A stretch of DNA of 64,000 bases, from assembly GCA_964016885.1 (NCBI GenBank), contig OZ024741.1, forward strand, positions 153,636,001-153,700,000. Reading direction: 5' to 3'. This DNA comes from Eledone cirrhosa. Its lineage: Eukaryota. A model generated the notes under the pieces. The model was not told where the DNA came from. It saw nothing but the letters and a program-made list of their open reading frames with translations, and did no database searches. The position numbers were made by a program, and so were the translations under genes. Below, piece after piece: positions 48,145-58,736 of the stretch. Position 1 is the stretch's first letter. Each line of letters begins with the position of its first letter.

Positions 48145-50579
48145 CCGGTTTACACCACCGATATCATCAGAAAGGTGATTTCATCCTTCCCCGCTGTGTC
48201 AGGCGCGGGAATTGACGGCCTTCGTTCTCAACACCTCAAGGATGGTATCTCCTTATCGGCCGGTGACCCCGGACTCGAGCTCTTGGAGAGTTTGACTCAG
48301 TTTGTGAATCAGTTCTCTTCAGTGAATGTTCTCCCGTTCATCTGCCCACTGTTCGGTGCGAAGCTATTTGGTCTCACCAAGCCCAACGGAGACCTGCGCC
48401 CCATTGCGGTTGGCTGCACTCTTCGCCGTCTCACTGCAAAGGCGTGTTTGCTGTTGGTCTCCGACTCACTGGTGGAGGAATTTTCCCCCATCCAGCTGGG
48501 GGTTGGTACCAGGTTGGGATGTCAGAGCATTTACCAACTTGCCCTCCTCGTCCCCCAAGGTCATCCTCAAACTTGACCTCAGGAATGCCTTCAACTCTGT
48601 CAGCTGCGACATCGTCCTCGGCTCAGTAAGAGAGAGGGTCCCACAGCTCTACCACTTTGCTTGGCAGGCTTATCGGGAGCCCTCCTACCTCTCTTTCGGT
48701 GACCAGATCATCACTTCTGCCTCAGGAGTCCACCAGGGTGACCCACTCAGGCTCGCACTGTTTGCACTGGGCATTGATGACGTCACCAAGATGGGGATTG
48801 AGTTGGACCTCAATGTCTGGTACCTCGACGACGCCTGTTTAGGGGGAACTCCGGATATGGTTCTCGCCACTGCCAACAGGATGGTGGAGGAGCTTGGCTG
48901 CCGGGGTCTCCAGATCAATAGCTCCAAATGTGAGCTCTGGATCCTCAACCACCCGGCTTCTCAACATCAACAGCTGATCGACCTGTTCGCAGAGTCCTTC
49001 CCTTCCATTGCGGTCCCTCCCCCGTCGGCTTGGTGCTCTTTAGGAGCCCCAATCACAGACCTGGCCTTCGAGTCAACCTTCCAATCGAAGATGGTTGGCC
49101 TTGAGCAGCTGCTGAGGAATATCGAAGTTATCGAACCCCATCAAGGTTTCTTCATACTCAGGAACTACCTGTCTATTCCTAAGCTTCTGTATCTGCTTAG
49201 GGTCAGCCCCTCTCACAGATTTCCATCCTGCCTCCAACGCTTCGATGACCTAATCTTCGAGACTCGAGTGCCTGGTCAATGTTAGACTCTCTCTGGAGTC
49301 CCGCGATCAGGCTGCGTTGCCCAAGCGATCTTCGTAAGTGTTTGTCCTTCTCGCTCCCCCGCTTCCTTTCCTCCACCCACGCTTGCTCCACCCTGGTGAG
49401 CAGCATCCTCTCCTCTCCAACATGGACTAGTTCCAACAGGGAGTTGGGTGAAGCTCTCCAGCAATGGAGTGAGTTGGGCTTGTCTCTTCCTGAGAAGGTG
49501 GTGGACAGTCGAAGTCAGAGAGCTTGGGACAGCATAAGTTCGATGGCCACCTTCGACTCCCTCTTCGTCCAGTAAGATCAGTTTTCAAGGTGCCGCTTAC
49601 TACCTGCCAACGCCAAATACTCAGGCGACTGGGTCGATGCCCTACCTGTGGCCAACGTTGGTGGCCTACTCAGCCTGGACAAACTTTGTGTCTCCATCAC
49701 CCTCAGAGTGAGAGCTGACGTCTGCATGGGTTTGAGGTGCTGATGCGGAAAACTCCTCGACTCTACAGGCCTCCACGGTCTTTCTTGCCGTCTGAATGCT
49801 GGTTGCTTCGCGCATCACACGGAGCTAAACCTCATTCTGAAGAGAGCTTTGGCCCGGGCGAATATCCCCTCAGTCTTGGAACCATCTGGGTCGTCCAGAA
49901 GTGATGGCAAAAGATCCGACAGTCTTACCCTGTGCCCCTGGTCGAGAGGCAGGTGCCTTGTCTGGGACGTCACTGTTAGTGACTCTTTTGCTCTTTCCCA
50001 CATCCTGGATGCTGCGGTTAGGACGAGAGCCACAGCTTCTGTCGGCCAGCTACATTTTTCAGCCTATGGCTTTCGAGACATTTGGGGGAGTCGGGCCGCT
50101 GACTGCGAGGTTCCTTTCCTCACTGGCGGCTTGCCTAATAGAGGTGACTGGCGAATCTCGCGAGGGTGCTTGGCTGTTTCAGCGCATCAGCCTCGCCATC
50201 ACTCGAGGCAACGCTGCGAGTGTGCTGGCTTGCCTCAAAAATCATTAGAGAGGTTGCCCAGTACTCGCGATGTTGCTGTCTTTTGCTCTGGTATTGGCTC
50301 CGTTGTTCACCTCTTCCTTTACATTTTCTTTAATATTGTAACATTAAAAGAATATATCTATCATTGTATCATCCTTTGTAGTGTTACCGAAGCATTTGTA
50401 ATGTTATTTATGTATATATTTTAAACATATTTGTTATGTTATTCTACTGTAAATTTATTTATATGCTCTGTTTATACTTTCATTCTGAAGGAATTGCAAA
50501 TGATTTGTAATGTTGTTTGTGCAACTATGAATAACATTTTATTTAATATATTGAAAAAAAAAAAAAAAAAAAAAAAAAA
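48145..50579 (+). mobile_element. 5'-truncated CRE-like non-LTR retrotransposon (RT plus restriction-like endonuclease)
   Basis: GIDGLRSQHL, RPIAVGCTLRRL, QLGVG, KLDLRNAFNSV, GVHQGDPL, WYLDD, GLHGLSC, DGKRSD..L.PW.RGRCLVWDVT, FQRISLAITRGNA; poly(A) 50554-50579; frameshifted. Confidence 0.88.
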
Positions 50580-50652
50580 TTTATTCCGGGTTCAATCGGG
50601 GGTAACCACAGTAAGTAAGGTACTCAATACATAGCAGAGTATAAATGTTTAA

Positions 50653-50777
50653 TATAGAAACGCTTCTACAGGACTAGGACTGTTTCATTCGTGTGAAATC
50701 ATCAGGAAACTGACAGTCAGCTTCCTGATGATTTTGCACGAATGAAACAGTTCTAGTCCTGTAGAAGCTTTTCTATA
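50653..50777. ncRNA. Back-to-back pair of type I hammerheads
   Basis: + 50720-50768: GCTTC-CTGATGA...GAAA-CAG ttctagtc CTG-TA-GAAGC; mirror copy on - at 50662-50710. Confidence 0.75.
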
Positions 50778-51069
50778 TATATATATATTGTTTCATTTAT
50801 ATATATATATATGCATACCTATGGACAGACTGACTGAACAACCAACCAATCGATTGATCAATCAATAGATAGGCACATATCCATATATACATCTGCACAA
50901 ATCCTCCCTTCATATATATACACACACACACAATTCTATAATTATTACGATAATTGGTTATTATTATACTAGATTGTTTTTTTCTATTACAAAGAGCAAA
51001 ATAGCATTTCCAAAATAAATTCTTACAAGCAAAACACAGATTGTATGGGTTATTGGTTTTGATGTATAA

Positions 51070-52020
51070 ATTATCATCACCACCACCATCATTATCAGCA
51101 CCGCTACCACCATTACCACCAGCACAATCATTACCCCCCCCCCCCCCCCCCCCAACAATACCACCACCACCACCACCACTACCACAACTACCACCACCCC
51201 CAACAATACCACCACCACCACAACAACCACTGCCACCACCACTACCATAACCACCACCACTTCCGCAACCACCGCCATCCCCAACAACAACATCACCACC
51301 ACTACCGCAACCACCACCACAATCAATACTACCACCACCACCATGACCATCACTGCCACCTCCACCAATAGGTGGAATTGTTTTTACAGCTGAGTCTTTT
51401 TTACTCATAAACATTTAACCAGATATAGTTTTGATGTATGTATGCGTGTGTGTGTGTTAGTGTATGTATGCCAGTCTGCATATGCATATGTGCGAGTCAG
51501 TGTATATGTGTATGTATGTGTGTATGTACATGTGTTTGTATGTGTCAGTCTGTAAAGGTGGTTTTCTGGATCCTGTTTGTTTCCGTTTATGTATATGAAT
51601 GCGCGTGTATATGTGTGTGTGTCAGTTAATCAACTGGTGGTTTTCTCAGTGTGTGTTTATATGTATGTATGCATGTGTGTACGTATGTGTGTATGTATGT
51701 GTATATGTATGCATGTGATGTATGTATATATGCATGTGCGTATGTATGTATGTGCGTGTGCGTATGTTTGTATATGTATGTGTGTGTGTGTGTGTCTCTC
51801 TCTCTCTCTCTATATATATATACACACAATGACATTAAATAAATGGAAACTATATTTATAAAACCATATTTATTCTATTATATATATTTCAAGGTTTTAA
51901 GGGTACCACAATTTTGGTACGCTACCATCAGTTGACGTATGCCTATATATATATATATATATATATATGCGTGTGTGTGTGTATGTGTGAGTGTTTGTGT
52001 GTGTGTATATATATATATAT

Positions 52021-52059
<39 letters not shown>

Positions 52060-52120
52060 TGTTCGTGTGTGTGCCTGTGTGAGTGTTCGTGTGTGTGCGT
52101 GTGCGTGTGAGTGTGTGTGT
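51070..52120. repeat. Low-complexity (CCA)n then (TG/TA)n tracts
   Basis: Direct inspection; the Gly/Pro/Val/Cys-rich ORFs here are by-products. Confidence 0.9.
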
Positions 52121-52599
52121 AAACCACCGTTAGAATCGGAGACATAGGCTGCGAAACACGATCATCACTGATAACGAACTCGAGAGAGAATCCCTTATGG
52201 TTGATTCCCAACCTGCTAGAAATAGCAGTCAGGCTGGTTAGCATACGTGGTATGTCGTTCTTCTTCTTTGGTGTTATAAAATTAGTATCAATAAACTTTC
52301 CTGGATATACTCTTATCCCAATCCTGTACATACTTTCCGATTGTCACTTCGTTTTTTTTCGTGTGATACGCGAAGGAACCAACCAACAAACATCTCTCTT
52401 TTATTTGTTCATTCAAAATATTTTCCAGCTAATTCTGTCGTACAATATACATCAGCAATCGTTATCTAATGTTTAAAACATATGAATAGCTGCGATATAT
52501 GCACCATATCAATCAAAAACGATATGAGAATTGAATACCATACTAAAGCGCCAGTAAGCTTGCTAAGAACCTGCAGATAGAAATGTTAATAAATACAAC

Positions 52600-53531
52600 A
52601 TTTGGCTTGGGTAAACTTTAAGATGTTCTTTCATTGTTTTCTCAGCCAGTACGTTAAAGAAAATTGCTAGTTACAACAATAAAGGTTGAACAGAGAACAA
52701 ATTTTTTAACAAACTTTACAATAATTTGTACAACCATAATGGAAATTCCAAGTAACAGAAAATACATAAATTACATTGTTAGAGCCTCAGAGTATACAAT
52801 ATTTTTTGTTCGGCTCTCGGGAGCAAAGATGAAGATATTGTTTGGCGAGCTCACCCTAGAGCATCCTACATACATCCTACATGGTTTTCCCAGATGAAGG
52901 CCAGTCACATTTAGGGTTTGACCCTGAGCTTTGTTGATGGTAATCGCGAAGCTTAGTCTCTCTGTTGCTCTAGTAACATTCTTTTCTTCTGGAAAATCTG
53001 ATCTTGCGGCCAGGCTAGGATTTTTGGGTGGCATATCGGCAGTAACAATGACGATAAGCCGTCTGTGCTTTCGTGAAATAAATACGTTTGTTTATATTTT
53101 GTTTTTGTGTATGCAAAAATATCTGTACACGAATATATAATTATATAGACATATATATTAAAATAACAGATTAAAGTTTAAGCAAAGAATCGCTGCTTTC
53201 ACCCTTAACGGGATCTTCTGAAACTAAAAAAATCAATCTGTGAACGCAGAAGTAAATATTTCGAAAAACGTTGCAACCGAAAGAAAACAGTAAGATGATA
53301 CTTTGGTTCGTGAAGACGTTAGGAATGTTGTATAACCGGAAGTGTTGACATTTGAAAATTTTAAAGAAGTGAATATTTAAATAATGTCTTTAATCTTTTA
53401 ACAAAATTCAGTACACAAAAATACCCTCACTTTCTTACTTGGAAAAAGTTACATCTATGGTGCAAATTTGGTGCCGTTTGTTCCAGCCGCTTGGCGGAAA
53501 GTTTGTTACTACATACCGCCGTCAGTATAGA
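52600..53531 (-). mobile_element. Helitron derivative retaining the PIF1-helicase C-terminus
   Basis: ORF 52771-53034: RLSFAITINKAQGQTL, MYVGCSRV, TKNIVYSEAL (helicase motifs V-VI); 5' TC at 53531; 3' boundary uncertain. Confidence 0.8.
53176..53224 (-). ncRNA. Hammerhead-like motif with CAGAAGA core inside a Helitron
   Basis: GTTT-CAGAAGA-T-CCC gttaa GGG-T-GAAA-GCA gcgattctt TGC-TT-AAAC. Confidence 0.55.
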
Positions 53532-53533
53532 TA

Positions 53534-53940
53534 CTAGCTGAATTACCTGGCGTTGCCTGGGTTACTGCTGTTCTTATTCAGATTAGTAGCCAATAAATAT
53601 GAAGATATGTTTTTTTTCCTCATAATTATTTAAAAATATCTATATTTTATAAAAAAAAAAAAAATTGTAATGATAAAAGAATTTAGAAATGAAAATCTGT
53701 CAATCTTGAAGCAACTTAGGGTAAACAATACTCATTGTGTAATTCATGTATGTGAAGATGTTGACTATAAAAATATTATTTTAGATAAAATCTTATATTG
53801 TTTAAATCCAAATGAAAATAAAAATTACATGTTGGCACTCCCGAGGTTTAATACTATTACCTTGTAAAATTTGATTACCTAGAGAACGCACAGGAACAGA
53901 AAGACAGGCAGACAGAGAGACAAAGAGTTTTATATATAGA
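53534..53940 (-). mobile_element. Short non-autonomous Helitron, head-to-tail with the previous one
   Basis: CCAGGCAACGCCAGG hairpin plus CTAG at 53534; homologous to both ends of 30289-31419. Confidence 0.75.
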
Positions 53941-54189
53941 GAGATATATATTTATAATATATATGTAATATGTCCTGCGTCTTTCAGAGACCAGTGTCTG
54001 TCCTTGGGGCATCAATATATGTCAACCTTGGTTTCCCTCTTATAGTGTGTCCATGTAGGGGCTTCCACAGGACGACTGAGTGCAGTGTCAACTCTGAATG
54101 TCAGTGAGCATGTCCAGTTAACCTCATATACATACATGTAATATGTAATATATATATATATATATATATATTTGTATTTTTGTCTATCT

Positions 54190-57100
54190 AGCTACCCAAC
54201 ACCCCTCCCTCCCGCCCCCACGCACCACCATTGCTATTACGTGGACCAATCATAAGCCAGAGCCCCCACGCATCACCAGTATTATTACGCGGACCAATCA
54301 GAAGCCAGAGGCCTATACTATCGCTTGCCTGGTTGCCTTTCGATATATGATGGATGGATGGACTGCGGAATCCTGGAGAGTGGAGGAGAGAGAGAGAAAA
54401 ATCTGGACGCTCAGCGACAATGCCAAAGATAAAGACAAATTCACCTCTTGGACGAGAATGCGAGCACTCCTCATTGTTTCGACCGCGGACGGCTAACATA
54501 ACCCCATCGCCCCCCGCCCCCACCGCCCCCAACCCCCAAACGCAATCCAAAACTTCAGAGTTGGTACCATAAATGTAGGCACCCTAAAGGGTCGCGCTAA
54601 CGAGGTTGTAGAAATGCTTGAACGTAAGGAGGTCGATGTTTGTTGTATTCAAGAGACCAGGTGGAGGGGTGGGTCTGCTAGGTTCATTGAGGGTAAAAAA
54701 CGATGTTATAAGCTTTTCTGGGTGGGAAACGACGATGGGCTGGGTGGAGTAGGAATCATGGTAGCAGAAAAGTGGGCAGATAAGATAATAGACGTAAATA
54801 GAGTGAACGACAGAATAATTAAAATACGACTTGTCCTCAATAGAACTACGGTGACAGTAATATCTGCGTACGCACCCCAATCCGGACTGCCTGGCACTAT
54901 AAAAGACAGATTCTATGAGACACTGATGCTAACTACCTCCCAAATATCCGACAGTGACTATATAATTATCGCAGGCGACCTAAATGGTCACGTTGGACAA
55001 CATTGTGACGGCTACGACGAAATCCATGGAGGCTATGGGTTTGGTACTAGAAATGAGGAAGGCTCCAGAATCCTGGAATTCTGTGATGCAAATAACCTAA
55101 CTATCTGTAACACTAACTTCAAAAAACGTGACAATCACCTGATCACCTATAGATCCGGGGAACACACAAGCCAGGTAGATTATATCCTTACCAGAAGACG
55201 TGACAGAGTGTCTGTTGTAAACACTAAATCCCTCCCCCATGAAGAATGCACCTCCCAACATAGACTGATAATTAGCGACCTCATAGTCAGGACGAGACGT
55301 ACTCGACAGCAGAAGAGGACTATCCTCAGGAGAAAAATATGGAAGCTAAAGGACCCCACAGCCAGGAATAAATTTCAAAGCATATTACTTGATGCTTTCG
55401 ACAGTAAGGAAGAACATTTAGAGTCGGACAATATAGAGGGAGAGTGGGAATTTCTGAAAGCAAACCTGCTGTTGGCGACAGACGAAGTCTGTGGCTGGAG
55501 CAGGCCTGTAGGCAGGAGGAGAGTAACATGGTGGTGGAACAGTAAGGTGGAGGGGTCAATTAAGGCCAAAAAGCAGGCTTGGAAAGTATGGCGGGATGGG
55601 GGAAGTAGAGAAGACTATCAAGTGGCCAGGAGGGAAGCTAGGAGACAAGTGTACTTAGCAAGAAGGGAAGCTGAGGAAAGAAAGTTCAAGCATGTTCTAC
55701 AACGCGATGACCAAAAACGTGAGGTGTTCAGGATTGCTAGGCAATGCGTCAAGGAAAACCGTGATATTGTCGGGGAGAAGTGTGTACTAAACGACGATGG
55801 CACACTTGCCATCACCGACGCTGATAAGAAGGTAGCTTGGAAGTGTCACTATGAAAGGCTACTAAATGAGGAGAATAAATGGGAGAAAGACAGTCTCCCC
55901 CATATCGACCCAATAGAGGGACCAGCAGTGTTAGTCGAGGGGAGTATAATAAGTAAGGCAATCAAGGATATGAAGACAGGTAAGGCGGCTGGGCCTTCGG
56001 AAATAGTTGCTGAGATGCTGAAGGCATCTGGCACGGTGGGACACACCATGGTCACCCGCATAGTTAACCAAGTCGTACAGAATGGGGTTGTTCCGAAGGA
56101 CTGGCATAGGAGCATCATCGTTAACTGTTATAAGGGTAAAGGAGACGCCCTAGATAGGAGTAACTATAGAGGCATTAAATTAATCGACCAGGTCATGAAG
56201 GTCACGGAAAAGTAATAGCGCAACTAATCAGAGAGAGAATTGACCTAGATGAAATGCAGTTCGGGTTTGTGTCAGGCAAAAGTACCACAGACGCTCTTTT
56301 CATAGTACGACAACTACAGGAGAAGTACCTAGCTAAAGGTAAACCCCTCTACTTAGCTTTTGTCGACTTGGAGAAAGCCTTCGACAGAGTCCCCCGCTCC
56401 ATTATCTGGTGGGCTCTTAGAAAACTAGGCGTTGACGAATGGCTTGTGAGGGCTATACAAGCCATGTATAAAGAAACAGTCAGCAAGGTTAGAATTAACA
56501 ACGAATATAGTGAAGAGTTTAGTGTAAAAGTTGGCGTCCATCAGGGCTCTGTTCTCAGCCCCCTACTATTTATTATTGCCCTTCAGGCTATAACAGAGGA
56601 GTTCAAGACAGGCTGCCCATGGGAACTCCTATACGCAGACGACCTGACACTCATAGCGGAATCAATGGCCGAGCTAGAGAAGAAATTCCAAACATGGAAG
56701 CACGGCCTAGAGTCAAAAGGACTTAAAATTAACCTGGCTAAGACCAAAGTACTAGTTTGTAGGAAAGAAAACAAGGCGGCGGTCCCTTCTGGGAAATGGT
56801 CGTGCTCGGTGTGTAGGAAAGGCGTAGGTAGAAACTCCATTTTATGTCCTAAATGCAAAGTATGGGTGCATAAAAGATGTAGTGGGATCACAGGTAAGCT
56901 AACTAAGAACATAGATTTTACATGTGGCCGGTGTTCTGGTGCAATAAGTAGCAGCAAGTGCCCACAAAATACTAGCTCTTTCAATTGCGCAGAGGGTTCT
57001 ATAGAAATAGTGGACAACTTCCCTTACCTGGGCGATAAAATCAGCAGTGGGGGAGGGTGCTCTGAAAGTACTGTAGCTAGAGTCAGAACTGGTTGGAAAA

Positions 57101-57993
57101 GTTCAGAGAGCTTATACCACTATTAGCTGCTAAAGGGTTCTCCCTAAAAATGAAAGGCAGGTTGTACGATGCCTGCATACGAACAGCAATGCTGCATGGC
57201 AGTGAGACCTGGGCATTGTGTGCAGAGGATATACGCAGACTAGAGAGGAACGAAGCTTGCATGCTCCGCTGGATGTGTAACAGTAATATACGTGAACGAC
57301 AAAGCATAAACGAACTAAGGAAAAAATTAGAGATAAGAGGGATCAGATGTTGTTTACTCGAGAGAAGGCTACGTTCGTATGGACACGTGATGCGCATGAA
57401 AGTCGATAGCTGTATAACAAAGTGCAGGGCAATAAAGATAGACGGTAGTCACGGAATAGGCAGACCTAGAAAAACCTGGGACGAGCTGATAAACTCCGAC
57501 ATCACACACTTACACCTCTCCAAGACAATGTCACTGGACCGAGACCTTTGGCGGTACTCAGTAACAGAGAAGACCCGCCTTACCTAAATATATAGTAAAA
57601 CCTACTCCAGCCAGTAGGCATCTCTAACAAAATACACCCCGTCCCACCACCCCCACCCCCACCCCATCCACACCACCCCGTTCTATGTAAAGTTATGTTG
57701 GTGCCGCGCCATCGAGGCCGAAACAAATGAGATCATGTAGGTGTCACGACAAAAAAAACACACAGTCCACGCTGTAATGTGGCCGTGTAGGCAACACGGT
57801 AAAAACCTCCCAGACCCACACTGTAAATGTGGTTGGTGTTAGGAAGGGCATCCAACTGTAGAAAACCTGCCAGACAGTCCTATGCGAGCAAGACAATCAC
57901 TCTTGCCTCAAGTGGGACTACCCCCGTCCAAACCCATGCAAGCGTGGAACATGGACGTTAAACGTTGATGATGATGATGATGATGATGATGAT
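54190..57993 (+). mobile_element. Full-length RTE-clade LINE
   Basis: 5' UTR with tandem CCAAT monomers, single APE-RT ORF in four pieces, 3' UTR and (GAT)n tail. Confidence 0.95.
54354..57587 (+). CDS. RTE ORF: APE endonuclease, RT and PHD-like finger (three -1 frameshifts near 54550, 56210, 57098)
   Basis: RVGTINVGTL, CIQETRW, AGDLNGHVG, SQVDYIL, SQHRL, QFGF, FVDLEKAFDRV, GVHQGSVLSP, LLYADD, CSVC...CPKC..WVHKRC...CGRC, LHGSETW. Confidence 0.9.
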
Positions 57994-58114
57994 ATACATC
58001 TGTGATATATATAGATGTAATATATATATATATTTGGTGTTGGATCCTTAAAGCATCCGTATGCGGTAGGCCGTTTGAGCACTCGATGCTCTCATAGAGC
58101 AGAGTATGATATCA

Positions 58115-58199
58115 CATTCGGCAACGAATGGAATTTATTGGACATTTATTGGACATATTACAATCGATTGTAATATGTCCAATAAATTCCATTCGTCGC
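58115..58199. repeat. Near-perfect palindrome centred on ACAATCGATTGT
   Basis: cgaatggaatttattggacat...attacaat|cgattgtaatatgtccaataaattccattcg with a small duplication in the left arm. Confidence 0.8.
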
Positions 58200-58736
58200 A
58201 ACACTGATTCTCTTTTTATTGTGATATATATATATATATATATCACGGGAACAGTTGAAGGCTTCAAAAACATCACCTTTGTCCGTTCTCTTGCCGTTTT
58301 AGTCTGGATTGCCTCGAGAATGTAACCTTATTATGTAAGGAAGCTGTCTGATGAGATCACAACACTGGTTTCGTGAAAACACGTGGCCACTGCCATCATT
58401 GAAATATGTATCACAGTCTTATCAATAAAGGAGTTTAATATCTACAACTACTTTGCATTTTCTTATTCTATATATATACATATATCTGTATATATATAAA
58501 GATGAAGTTTTCTGTATGTGTGTGTATGTGTTTGTGGACAATTTTTAATGAGGGCTCATATATTCTAAACCATTCATGCGATTTCTTTGAAATTTTTTAC
58601 AGAGCTTCTTGCACAAAACCTGTACATGATCTACAAAGGCTTTCAAAAATCTATATTGGGGCTTTTGGAGACATTAAAAAAGTTTTGGTTATTTGTGTCA
58701 ATTTTCGTGATTAAGTAAGACAAGAGTTATCTTTCG

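Noticed and set aside
50797-52331. Gly-, Pro-, Val- and Cys-rich ORFs
   Set aside because: Translations of (CCA)n and (TG)n microsatellites.
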